In this document: piece by piece, positions 53,141-63,113 of the stretch
Layout of the letters: each line of letters begins with the position of its first letter
How positions within the stretch are numbered: the first letter of the stretch is position 1
Program-made: the position numbers and the translations under genes
Notes under the pieces: model-generated
What the model was told of the DNA's origin: nothing
Seen by the model: the letters and a program-made list of their open reading frames with translations, nothing else
The model's database searches: none
DNA from: Acholeplasmataceae bacterium
GTDB lineage: Bacteria; Bacillota_I; Bacilli_A; Acholeplasmatales; Acholeplasmataceae
Assembly: GCA_963675245.1 (NCBI GenBank)
Contig: OY775910.1
Coordinates: 1,216,001-1,280,000, forward strand
DNA: 64,000 nucleotides
Direction of reading: 5' to 3'

Positions 53141-54737
53141 ATTTGAAGATAGCAAAATTGTTTTTACCATGTTCTTTAATACTGTACATAGCCTGATCTG
53201 CAGCATTAATTAAATCATCGATAGTTTGCCCCTTATGATATACGGCAATACCGATTGAAACACCTAACGTTGTTTCTACTTCGTCAAATACAAATTTCAC
53301 TTTAAATGAATCTAAAATACGTTTGGCAATTTGTTTTAACGCAACTATATCATCTAGATCGTCAAACAATACGATGAATTCATCACCACCAACACGTGCC
53401 ACGATGTCATTATCTCTGACATGATCAGTAATCCGTTTAGCACTTTCTATCAATGATGCGTCACCAATCGCATGTCCAAATACATCATTAACGTTTTTAA
53501 AACCATCAAGATCAATAAACATCAGTGACATCCGCTTATGCCTACTCACATAAGATTCAATGGCTGACATAAGAAACGCACGGTTTGGGAGGCTGGTTAA
53601 ATAATCATGTTCAGATAAATATTTCAATGTATATATCCGTTCTTTTCTAGCAAATTCTATTTCATCAAATAATCTTGTCATGACATATGCAATGATCACT
53701 AAGAATGCACCAATAATCAAATAAGTATTCATGCGTTGCTGATATTCAGGTAAATTTCGATAGGCAAGTTGACTAAAAAGGATGTAAGACCCCGAACCTG
53801 AAGTAAGTATAATATCACCTGTTATTTGATTAGCAATGGTATTTGAAAATAATGTATCATCCATAGACATTGTCGTGTAAATATAGCCGTTTACGGTAAA
53901 CTGTTGAATGGTCGAATCTGTATAACTTAGGACATCAAAATCGTGATATTTATCAACTGTTTCATCAAGTTTATCATCAAACATAAATCCAAATTCAATT
54001 TCATCATTACCAGACATCAAATAGTAACCATCATCATTGATAATATCTATTTGGGATGCTTCATTTTGTTTTAATTGAGCAAGGCTATCAAAAATATCAT
54101 TGACTAAATAATTAACAACAAGGACACCTAGCAATTGATCTGAATCACTATAAATAGGTGTTGCGAATCGTAAGACTGGTTTATAGTCACCATCATTAAT
54201 TTCAATTTGACCATTTCCCACATTTAAATCAAGTCTAGATATATAGATGTAGTTATCATCTAAAAGAATTGATTCTGTAAAATAATAACGATCTGATTTA
54301 TCTTGTAGATCCACTTCATCTACGATGTAAGCTAAATCTTCGCCATTGTTGATTCGCACAATTTCCATTCCAGCTGTATTGAGAATACGCATCTGATCAA
54401 AATATTTAATAGATTGTGTAATGGTAAGCATACTGTTTTCTACGATTGCTTTTGCCTCTGGCGAAACAAACATCGTTGTTGAGCCATCCCATGCAAGTAC
54501 ATTGTTTTGAGTGATTAATTGTTTAATCACTTCAACATCCGAGGCTATACCGATTAATTCATCGGTGAAGGTTGCCTGATATGCATGAATGTCACTGCTT
54601 AATGAAATACGCATCTTGTCAAGAAAATTATTTTGTTCAATCCAAAACGATAAAAATAGTAAACTAAAAAAAACGACAATGATGAAAAAAAACATAAGAA
54701 GTGATTGTTTTACTTTACGAAAAAAGAGTATTTTCAT
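53139..54737 (-). CDS. Membrane sensor diguanylate cyclase (Cache-like + GGDEF)
   Basis: Two TMs flanking an extracellular domain (LQDKSDRYYF); D.LT.LPNR, DLDGFK.VND.FGH..GD, RDND I-site, GGDEF. Confidence 0.9.
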   Translation of the reverse strand: MKILFFRKVKQSLLMFFFIIVVFFSLLFLSFWIEQNNFLDKMRISLSSDIHAYQATFTDELIGIASDVEVIKQLITQNNVLAWDGSTTMFVSPEAKAIVENSMLTITQSIKYFDQMRILNTAGMEIVRINNGEDLAYIVDEVDLQDKSDRYYFTESILLDDNYIYISRLDLNVGNGQIEINDGDYKPVLRFATPIYSDSDQLLGVLVVNYLVNDIFDSLAQLKQNEASQIDIINDDGYYLMSGNDEIEFGFMFDDKLDETVDKYHDFDVLSYTDSTIQQFTVNGYIYTTMSMDDTLFSNTIANQITGDIILTSGSGSYILFSQLAYRNLPEYQQRMNTYLIIGAFLVIIAYVMTRLFDEIEFARKERIYTLKYLSEHDYLTSLPNRAFLMSAIESYVSRHKRMSLMFIDLDGFKNVNDVFGHAIGDASLIESAKRITDHVRDNDIVARVGGDEFIVLFDDLDDIVALKQIAKRILDSFKVKFVFDEVETTLGVSIGIAVYHKGQTIDDLINAADQAMYSIKEHGKNNFAIFK

Positions 54738-54841
54738 AAGTATATCCCTTTCCCTAATACACTGTTATTTTATCACAGGTTTCTATAAGGTGACAATGAC
54801 AAAAAAAACTTCAACATAAATGTTAAAGTTTAATGACTAAA

Positions 54842-54916
54842 TGGAGCGGGCGAGGGGAATCGGACCCCCATCTTATGCATGGCAAGCATATATAATAACC
54901 ATTATACGACGCCCAC
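54842..54916 (-). tRNA. tRNA-Gly(GCC), atypical (U2:G71, T-loop TCCGATT)
   Basis: Revcomp GTGGGCG TC GTAT AATGGTT ATTAT A TATGC TTGCCAT GCATA AGAT GGGGG TCCGATT CCCCT CGCCCGC TCCA. Confidence 0.85.
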
Positions 54917-55041
54917 ATTCACTTGCCTTATTATAATAGCAAATATTTATAATCTTGTCAAGCGTTTGCTGTGTAAATTAATCACTTACGATAACATTAA
55001 AAAAAAACGTAACTATGCTATAATTAATTTGGAGTGATGAC

Positions 55042-56238
55042 ATGAAAAAATACCGTTTACTCATTTACATTTTAAGCTGTTTTATTATCGGATTTGTTTT
55101 CACATATCTCGTTTATATTGGCTTATGGACTAGGTTAATCGATGGTTTTTCAAATGTACCTTTTTGGTTATATTTATTGTTGATACCGATTGTTTTTTAT
55201 ATCACGCTAACACTTCATGAACTTGGTCATCTGATTGCATTTCGTGTGCAAGGAATTAGGATAAGAGCACTTTATTTAACGGTGTTCGTATTTTATAAAG
55301 ATGAGAAAAGTTGGCACTTTAAATTTGTCCCCAAGCTATGGGTTTTATTTGGTGGATTAGTTGTACCTGATCTTCCTCAAATCAAAAATGAAGAAGAAAT
55401 GAATCAAGTCGTAAAAAAATTCGCGATATCATTAATGGCTGCACCGATCGTTACTATTTCAGTCATGTCTTTGAGTATCTTAGTCTTTTTCTTCACTTGG
55501 GTTTTCTCTTCATTCGTTTTATGGTTTGGGATTATCACGATTTTTATGATTTACACGACGCTTTTGAGCATACTTTATATTTATACATTTAAATTAAATA
55601 CAAAACATCTATATGGTGATTTCGTAGCATATCGAAAAATGAAAGATGATCCATTATTCCAATTTGCTGAAATCTATCAATACTTATCATTTTCGTTAAG
55701 TGAAGACCATCATTCATATATCTATCAAAAAGCACAATCACTTATTGAAGCACAACCAAAACTTAATCATCAAATCTTTTTGATTGTAACTATTATGGCT
55801 TATTTAGACGGTGTGATTCATCAACATTTTCCTAATTCTGATACTATCTATCAAAGATTATCATCCCTTCCAATCAAACGTTTTGTGACTTCTGAAGAAG
55901 GGTTAACACTCGTTTATAACCTGGCTGAATATGAATATTTTTTAGGACATGTAGAAAATGCGTATCAAATTGTAGACGTTGCGGCTAAACAAGCAGGTAA
56001 ACGGATACCTATTAAAATGAAAGATTATTTAAAAAATAGAACTGAACATGTATTACATATTGCATATCATGATGAGTTTCTTAATGATAATGAAAACATA
56101 TATATAGGTCAAGGTTGGTTGTTTGAAGCTATTTCTGATCCGTATGAAGCAGCAAAGAAAGAACATAAAAAGTTGCCTTTCCAAATATATGCTTGTGACA
56201 TACCAGAAGTAAATGAAAAAATGCCTAGTGAAGACTAG
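55042..56238 (+). CDS. M50-like membrane zinc metallopeptidase
   Basis: HELGH within a TM; four TMs; distal GD; helical soluble C-domain. Confidence 0.65.
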   Translation: MKKYRLLIYILSCFIIGFVFTYLVYIGLWTRLIDGFSNVPFWLYLLLIPIVFYITLTLHELGHLIAFRVQGIRIRALYLTVFVFYKDEKSWHFKFVPKLWVLFGGLVVPDLPQIKNEEEMNQVVKKFAISLMAAPIVTISVMSLSILVFFFTWVFSSFVLWFGIITIFMIYTTLLSILYIYTFKLNTKHLYGDFVAYRKMKDDPLFQFAEIYQYLSFSLSEDHHSYIYQKAQSLIEAQPKLNHQIFLIVTIMAYLDGVIHQHFPNSDTIYQRLSSLPIKRFVTSEEGLTLVYNLAEYEYFLGHVENAYQIVDVAAKQAGKRIPIKMKDYLKNRTEHVLHIAYHDEFLNDNENIYIGQGWLFEAISDPYEAAKKEHKKLPFQIYACDIPEVNEKMPSED

Positions 56239-56256
56239 ACATTTAATAGGATTAAC

Positions 56257-56330
56257 TGGTGCCTCTAGTGAGAATCGAACTTACAATTCAGCCTTACCAT
56301 GGCTGCGTTTTACCATTAAACTATAGAGGC
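56257..56330 (-). tRNA. tRNA-Thr(GGT)
   Basis: Revcomp GCCTCTA...CAGCC ATGGTAA GGCTG...GTAAG TTCGATT CTCAC TAGAGGC ACCA. Confidence 0.88.
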
Positions 56331-56425
56331 GAATGCGCAATAACAATTATAAATGAATGTGATTTAAAAGTCAATTAAATGAAGCGGATAATGACAGATT
56401 AAATAAAGGAGTAGAAATTGACGCT

Positions 56426-57412
56426 ATGGCAAAATCAAATGTACAGAAAAAAATTGAAAAATATCAAAATATGTCGTCGACTAAACTGATTATCATCTTG
56501 GTCATTTTATTAGTAGCAGCATTTATTTATGTTTATACTTCAGGGCAAGAAGAACCTTATCAATATAGTTCAGAACAAGATGCTGAGACAGGTTATTACT
56601 ATTATCATTATGATGCGAGTGGTGATTACTATTATGAAGCGAATGATATGATTGGTGAACAGCTTATGTCACAACTTAATGTGATCATCAATCGCGGGTT
56701 TCAAAGCGTTGATTATGGTGAAATCAGATATTTATTGCAAACAGCTGATTTAAGTCTTGAAGATCCTACAAAAGTATGGACTATTTATGATGGTGAACTG
56801 GTTGACCCAACATGGGATGGTGGATCATATGAATCATGGAATAGAGAACATATCTGGCCAAACTCGCGTATGGGTGAAGAAGATAATGTTGTTAATAGTG
56901 ATGAGGGTATAGCGAGTGATGCGCATAATTTAAGAGCAGCAAAACCAAGAACGAATTCTACGAGAAATAATCGCTTTTATAGTGATGGTAGTGGTGAAGC
57001 GGCTATTATGTCTGATGGCGGTTATTATCCAGGTGATGACCACCGTGGAGATGTGGCTAGAATTTTATTTTATATGGCAACGATGTACGATTATTTAGTA
57101 TTAACTGATGATATGGACTTAATACCTGTGGATGCGACATACGATGATGGTTTAACGGCGATGGGTAAACTCTCGGTTTTACTTGAATGGCATAGACTAG
57201 ATCCAGTCTCTGATTTTGAAAAAGAACGAAATGACGTTATATTTGAGGCACAAGCTAATCGTAATCCATTTATTGATCATCCTGAATATGCTCATCTTAT
57301 TTGGGAAAACATGACGATTGATGATATCACTACACCTGCAAATAATGATACAACCGCCGCACTTTCAGGTATTTGGAAGGAGTCATATATATTATGGATG
57401 AGCATCAATTAA
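56426..57412 (+). CDS. Membrane-anchored endonuclease I family nuclease (EndA/Bsn-like)
   Basis: N-terminal TM; WNREHIWP, D.HNL, N..R.N, GDVAR, ERND.I...Q.NRNPFIDHP. Confidence 0.85.
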   Translation: MAKSNVQKKIEKYQNMSSTKLIIILVILLVAAFIYVYTSGQEEPYQYSSEQDAETGYYYYHYDASGDYYYEANDMIGEQLMSQLNVIINRGFQSVDYGEIRYLLQTADLSLEDPTKVWTIYDGELVDPTWDGGSYESWNREHIWPNSRMGEEDNVVNSDEGIASDAHNLRAAKPRTNSTRNNRFYSDGSGEAAIMSDGGYYPGDDHRGDVARILFYMATMYDYLVLTDDMDLIPVDATYDDGLTAMGKLSVLLEWHRLDPVSDFEKERNDVIFEAQANRNPFIDHPEYAHLIWENMTIDDITTPANNDTTAALSGIWKESYILWMSIN

Positions 57413-57780
57413 AAAAGGGACACTATGTAATTAGTGATCCAGCTTATATGATCTTAAAGAATCAAGAAGGCGATCAACTATTTCAACACTTAATCAATTT
57501 ATTTTATAAAGATGCAAATACATTTCATCACTTTATCATTGATCAATTAGATATATATATGTTTAGAACTTTGGGTGGTGATGGTATCTTTAATGGTGTC
57601 GGTACGGATTCTGGTTTAATCATGATTATTGAAACAAATCAACTGAAAGGTGATTTACGTTTTAGACAGGAATATTCAAGAGGAAAAATCATTCAATTTG
57701 ATAGTGAACGACCGGTCATAGCATGTGTAGAACAATTTGATTTAACACTCTCAAATGGTATCTTTATTCATACAGAATAA
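57394..57780 (+). CDS. Hypothetical protein
   Basis: 128-aa ORF with AAGGAG RBS; ISDP.Y and T..GDG motifs; followed by terminator. Confidence 0.6.
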   Translation: MDEHQLKKGHYVISDPAYMILKNQEGDQLFQHLINLFYKDANTFHHFIIDQLDIYMFRTLGGDGIFNGVGTDSGLIMIIETNQLKGDLRFRQEYSRGKIIQFDSERPVIACVEQFDLTLSNGIFIHTE

Positions 57781-57858
57781 TAAACTAGCGTATTCGCTAG
57801 TTTTCTTTTTTTAGAGGGTGAAATATGTTATCATAGTACATGTTAGAAGGAGTCCTCA

Positions 57859-59589
57859 ATGCGATATATTTTACAAATTATTAAACCATATTGGAAAAAA
57901 CTTACGGTCAGTTTAAGCCTTAAATCGTTAGGGGCATTATCTGATCTTGTTTTACCTTGGATTATTGCTTATATGTTAGATACGCAAATTCCTGCACTAG
58001 AGGCAAATAACCCTGACTTATGGCCATTATATCAATCAGGTATATTCATGGTTATGGTCGCGTTAATCGGTGTCTATTTTAATATTTCAGCGAATCGTAG
58101 AGCTGAAAGAATTGCTGCTGATGCAGTGAAAATCTTGAGACATGATTTATTTGAAAAAGTTGTGAGTTTATCAGCAAGACAAGTTGATCAACTGACAAGA
58201 CCTTCATTAATTTCAAGAATGACAACGGACACTTATAATATGTATACAGCTTCGGCTGGGATGCAACGTCTTGGCGTAAGAGCACCAGTGTTACTGATTG
58301 GTGGTATTGTGATGTCACTGTTTTTAGATCCTATGATGACGCTTGTTATGGTCGCTATATTGCCATTTATTGCACTTATTGTTTGGACAACATCACGTGT
58401 TGGTATTCCGCTATATAAGAAAACACAAAAATCAGTTGATAAGTTAATAAGAACATTACGAGAATATGTTACTGGAGCAAGAGTTGTGCGTGCATTATCG
58501 ATGAAAGACTATGAAGAAAATAGATTCGATCATTATAATGAAGAAACGGTAGATGCAGAATTAAAAGCAACGATAACAATGGCTAGAATCAATCCTTTAA
58601 TGCGTGTTGTGATGAACGTGGGACTTGTATTTGTCTTAGTAACTGGTGCTTTTCGTATTAATAGTTACCACGCTGAAACTGGAGAATTATTGGCTTTTGT
58701 AACATATTTCACAATTATATTAAATGCGATGATGGGTATCACTAGAGTATTTGTTATTTCATCTAGAGCATCTGCATCTGGAGAACGTATATTCGAAGTC
58801 ATCAATATGCCAATTGACTTACAAGAAGGACATGATGATTTAGTTAAAGATCTTAGAAAACCCCACATTAAATTTAGAGATGTTTCTTTTTCATATTTAC
58901 AACATAAATCAAATTTAGAACATGTCAATTTTGAAATTAAAAAAGGACAAACATTAGGAATTATCGGTGCGACGGGTTCTGGCAAAACGACGATTATTAA
59001 TTTGCTTATGCGATTTTATGATGTTGATCAAGGAGCGATAGAAATATATGGTAAAAACATTAAAAATATTAAACAAAATGCATTAAGATCAAGCATAGGG
59101 GTTGTTTTTCAAAATGACTTGATTTTTGCTGATTCGATTTACGGCAACATCCAATTTAATCGTGATCAAATTACAAATGAGGAAATAGAAGAAGCCACGC
59201 GTATTGCACAAGCAGATTTTGTATATGAAAAAGATGCTGATTTTGATTATCAAATGGCTCAAAAAGGTAGAAATTTATCAGGTGGACAAAAACAACGGGT
59301 ATTGATAGCGAGAGCAGTTGCAGGTAAACCAGACATTATTGTTTTAGATGACGCGTCTTCTGCCTTAGATTACGAAACCGATATGAGTATGCGCCAAGCG
59401 TTAAAAGATATGCTAAAAAATACGACTAAAATTGTGGTTGCACAACGCATTAGTAGTTTGAGAGATTCGGATTTAATATTATTAGTAGATGATGGGAAAA
59501 TCATTGCACAAGGCACACATGAATCACTCATGAAAACATCCAAAACATATAGAGAAATTGCCTCTTATCAATTAGGAGGTGAAGCCTAA
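57859..59589 (+). CDS. Heterodimeric ABC exporter subunit A (TMD+NBD, degenerate Walker B and switch)
   Basis: GATGSGKT, LSGGQ, LDDASS (E->D), AQR (H->Q). Confidence 0.9.
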   Translation: MRYILQIIKPYWKKLTVSLSLKSLGALSDLVLPWIIAYMLDTQIPALEANNPDLWPLYQSGIFMVMVALIGVYFNISANRRAERIAADAVKILRHDLFEKVVSLSARQVDQLTRPSLISRMTTDTYNMYTASAGMQRLGVRAPVLLIGGIVMSLFLDPMMTLVMVAILPFIALIVWTTSRVGIPLYKKTQKSVDKLIRTLREYVTGARVVRALSMKDYEENRFDHYNEETVDAELKATITMARINPLMRVVMNVGLVFVLVTGAFRINSYHAETGELLAFVTYFTIILNAMMGITRVFVISSRASASGERIFEVINMPIDLQEGHDDLVKDLRKPHIKFRDVSFSYLQHKSNLEHVNFEIKKGQTLGIIGATGSGKTTIINLLMRFYDVDQGAIEIYGKNIKNIKQNALRSSIGVVFQNDLIFADSIYGNIQFNRDQITNEEIEEATRIAQADFVYEKDADFDYQMAQKGRNLSGGQKQRVLIARAVAGKPDIIVLDDASSALDYETDMSMRQALKDMLKNTTKIVVAQRISSLRDSDLILLVDDGKIIAQGTHESLMKTSKTYREIASYQLGGEA

Positions 59590-61379
59590 TGATGTATGCA
59601 GGAAAAGTCGGTCGAGGTCGTAATGACGGGACTCAAAAAGCAAGACATACAAAACGTGTTTTAAAACGTTTATGGGATTATCTATATTTTAATAAACCGA
59701 AATTTGTACTCGCTTTGTTCTTAACTGTCGTTGCAAACGCGTTATCTTTAGTCGGTCCTTATTTAACTGGACGTGCAATTGACGCGATGGTTAGACCTGT
59801 TAACTTTCAACTCGTCATGATTTATGCTGGATTGATGATTGGTTTTTATATTGTTGCTGCTATTTTAAATTACATATTATCAATTACAATGGTTCGCATA
59901 TCACAACGTGTTGTATATCAGATGAGAAAAGACGTATTTGCTAAATTAAACCGTGTAAAAATTTCTTATTTTGATTCTCAATTAACCGGCGATATCATTT
60001 CTAAAATGAGTTATGATATTGACACAATTAATACATCTCTTGCAACTGATGTAATGAATATTTTAACGAGTATTGTCACGATTGTTATATCGTTTGTTAT
60101 GATGCTTATTATGAGTCCTATTTTATGCTTAGTCTTTGTGATTACGATTCCAATTTCCATATTAATTACGAGAACCTTATCTAAGATTATTAAACGTAAG
60201 TATCGCACAAGAAATAAAAAACTTGGTGAGTTAAACGGGTATGCTGAAGAAATGATTACAGGTCAAAGAACGATCCAATCATATGTTCAAGAAGAAACTG
60301 TATTAGCACGTTTTGATGACATTAATAACGAAGCGTCAGAAGCTTCATATGAAGCAGGTTATTATGGAACGACAGTTGGACCTTCGATTAATTTTGTTTC
60401 TAATTTATCTGTCGCTTTGGTAGGTGTTTTTGGTGGTATTTTATATGCAGCAGTATTGCCATTTACGATTACAATTGGTCAACTCACGTCATTCACACTT
60501 TATTCAAGGCGATTTTCTGGACCGATTAATCGCATGAGTAGCATTGTTGCAGATATTCAAAGTGCACTTGCTGCGGCAGAAAGAGTATTCGGTGTGTTAG
60601 ATGAACCAGAAGAAGTTGAAGATTTAAATGAAGCAAACACGTTATCTAATGTTTCTGGTCATATCGCTTTTGAAAATGTATCATTTGGTTATGATGAACA
60701 TATGCCAGTTCTACATCATGTCAATTTAGAGGCTAAACCTGGACAAATTGTTGCGATAGTTGGACCGACTGGTGCAGGAAAGACTACCCTAGTGAACTTG
60801 ATTATGCGTTTCTATGAAATCAATGAAGGTAAAATCTTATTAGATGATATTGATACGAAATTAATCAAAAGAAAAGACCTTAGAAAAGCATTTTCGATGG
60901 TTTTACAAGATACGTGGGTATTTCACGGATCAATTCATGAAAACATTGCTTATGGAAATGGCGATGTCAGTAGATTAGAAGTAGAAGAAACTGCTAAAAA
61001 AGCACATATTCACTCATTCATCACACACTTGTCAGATGGTTATGATACGATCTTAACAGATGAAGGTTTGAATATCTCAAAGGGTCAAAAACAATTGCTT
61101 GTCATCGCTAGAGCGATGCTATCAAAAACAAAAATGCTGATTTTAGATGAAGCAACTTCTAATGTTGATACCCATACTGAAATACAAATACAACACGCGA
61201 TGCTTCACTTGATGCAAGGCAAAACAACGTTCGTGATTGCACACCGTCTTTCAACCATTCAACATGCAGATCTTATATTAGTTGTGAAGGATGGAAACGT
61301 TATTGAGCAAGGAAAACATGATGCATTATTGAAAAAGAAAGGGTATTATTATACACTTTATCAGTCACAATTTGCCTGA
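59589..61379 (+). CDS. Heterodimeric ABC exporter subunit B
   Basis: GPTGAGKT, ISKGQ, LDEATS, AHRLST; overlaps subunit A stop. Confidence 0.9.
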   Translation: MMYAGKVGRGRNDGTQKARHTKRVLKRLWDYLYFNKPKFVLALFLTVVANALSLVGPYLTGRAIDAMVRPVNFQLVMIYAGLMIGFYIVAAILNYILSITMVRISQRVVYQMRKDVFAKLNRVKISYFDSQLTGDIISKMSYDIDTINTSLATDVMNILTSIVTIVISFVMMLIMSPILCLVFVITIPISILITRTLSKIIKRKYRTRNKKLGELNGYAEEMITGQRTIQSYVQEETVLARFDDINNEASEASYEAGYYGTTVGPSINFVSNLSVALVGVFGGILYAAVLPFTITIGQLTSFTLYSRRFSGPINRMSSIVADIQSALAAAERVFGVLDEPEEVEDLNEANTLSNVSGHIAFENVSFGYDEHMPVLHHVNLEAKPGQIVAIVGPTGAGKTTLVNLIMRFYEINEGKILLDDIDTKLIKRKDLRKAFSMVLQDTWVFHGSIHENIAYGNGDVSRLEVEETAKKAHIHSFITHLSDGYDTILTDEGLNISKGQKQLLVIARAMLSKTKMLILDEATSNVDTHTEIQIQHAMLHLMQGKTTFVIAHRLSTIQHADLILVVKDGNVIEQGKHDALLKKKGYYYTLYQSQFA

Positions 61380-61478
61380 CATAATTATTTTGTAACGACC
61401 TTGTAATTGCTTTGTAAACCGTGTATAATGTGAATAGGTGTTGAAAATCACCTAGAAATAAATAAAGGAGTAACATAA

Positions 61479-61676
61479 ATGAAGGGCGTAGTAAAATGGT
61501 TTGACGCTGATAAGGGATATGGCTTTATCTCTACAGAAGAAAACAAAGACATCTTTGTGCACTTTAGTGCAATTCAAAGCGAAGGCTACAAGACGTTAGC
61601 AGAAGGTGACCAAGTAGAATTTGAAGTTAAAGACGGCGATCGCGGACCACAAGCCGCAAGTGTTGTTAAATTATAA
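61479..61676 (+). CDS. csp: Cold-shock protein
   Basis: [25 protein letters not shown]. Confidence 0.95.
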   Translation: MKGVVKWFDADKGYGFISTEENKDIFVHFSAIQSEGYKTLAEGDQVEFEVKDGDRGPQAASVVKL

Positions 61677-61803
61677 TTAATAATTTTAACTGGTAACTAC
61701 ACAAGGACTCAAACGTGAGTCCTTGTTTTCTTTTTAGCTATGCAAATTTAATGAAAGACTTTATGAAAAAGATTATAATAGAAATATAGAAGAGGTGATG
61801 AAG

Positions 61804-62217
61804 ATGAAGGAGATTTTAAAAAGAACTGTCACCGCAGTAGGTGGTAGAGATGGCATCGTCAAAGATACAGTAAGTGGCGACACTTACACATTAAGAAAAC
61901 CAGTTGAAATGGGTGGCGAAGCTAATCAAAAAGGTACCGATCCTGAAGAATTATTTGCAGCTGGCTATGCATCATGCTTAGCAAGTTCAATTGAATATCT
62001 ATTATCTGCGAGTGGTACTTCTTATGATGAAGTAACAGTAGAAGTGGCAAACCATTTAATCATGGTTCCAAATAAAGGTTTCCATTTTAAATTAACTGTG
62101 AAGACAAGAATTACAGGTGTTTCACCAGAAGTTGAAACAGCTTTTAGAGATAAAGGTCAAGCATTCTGTCCGTTTTCAAGATCAATTCATGGAAATGTTG
62201 AGATTGAAAACATCTAA
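61804..62217 (+). CDS. ohr: Ohr/OsmC family peroxidase
   Basis: GGRDG, PEELFAAGYASC, CPFSR; start codon uncertain (61795-61804). Confidence 0.85.
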   Translation: MKEILKRTVTAVGGRDGIVKDTVSGDTYTLRKPVEMGGEANQKGTDPEELFAAGYASCLASSIEYLLSASGTSYDEVTVEVANHLIMVPNKGFHFKLTVKTRITGVSPEVETAFRDKGQAFCPFSRSIHGNVEIENI

Positions 62218-62304
62218 TTAAAAGAGGGTAATACCCTCTTTTTTTTATACATTTTCGGTTGTTAGTGATAGCGCTTTTATGCTATAATAAAGAAAAGGTG
62301 GTAG

Positions 62305-63039
62305 GTGGATAATATGGATAAAGAACTCTTAGAGGTTTTACGCACAAATGCGAACAATGTATTTCGTGAAGTTGATCGAGAAAGAATTGATGAAATTGAT
62401 GAAAAATTCGCGATTGAGTATACATATGATGCATTAGGAATGTGCAAAAATAAAGCAACACTAGAAGATGTAAAAAATTTGAATGATACGAATGATTTAC
62501 CGGATTTTAGTGAAAGAGAGCAAAAGGAAATTATCAATCATATTGATGCTTATCGATATGTTCAACACATGTATTTTAATCATATTGACATGACAGAAGA
62601 ACATTTAAAAGATATCCATGAACGGCTTGTTTCAGGCATTTTTCAAGGTGGCGTATATAGAAATGTGAATATTTCAATCTTTGGTGCAGCACATCAACCG
62701 CCCGATCATGTGAAGGTTTATGACCGTATGTCTAAGTTCTTTAAAACATTAGATGAGTTTGATGGGACACCCTTAGAAAAAGCGATATATGCACATGCGA
62801 GTATTGCTAAAATACATCCATTTGTGGATGCAAATGGTAGACTAGCAAAACTCGTATTAAATTATTTCTTGATGGTTGCTAATTACCTTACAGTTTCTAT
62901 TCCAAGAGATCAGTTTGATACATATATTAGATGCCTCGAAATATTTAAAGTTGAAAAGGATTTAACACCTTTAGTTTCATTCTTTGAAGAACTGTTAATT
63001 AAACGTTATGAAAGCGTTTTGAAAGAACTTGATGTATGA
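62305..63039 (+). CDS. Fic family protein, variant motif
   Basis: GVYRNVNI, IHPFVDANGRLAK. Confidence 0.82.
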   Translation: MDNMDKELLEVLRTNANNVFREVDRERIDEIDEKFAIEYTYDALGMCKNKATLEDVKNLNDTNDLPDFSEREQKEIINHIDAYRYVQHMYFNHIDMTEEHLKDIHERLVSGIFQGGVYRNVNISIFGAAHQPPDHVKVYDRMSKFFKTLDEFDGTPLEKAIYAHASIAKIHPFVDANGRLAKLVLNYFLMVANYLTVSIPRDQFDTYIRCLEIFKVEKDLTPLVSFFEELLIKRYESVLKELDV

Positions 63040-63113
63040 GAGTGCGTTAGCACTCTTTTTTTGATTGATGAAACAATTGATTAAAAAAGTGATATAATAG
63101 AAAGGGTGATATT

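Noticed and set aside
57859..61379. Degenerate catalytic residues in ABC subunits as pseudogenisation
   Set aside because: Normal asymmetric nucleotide-binding sites of heterodimeric exporters
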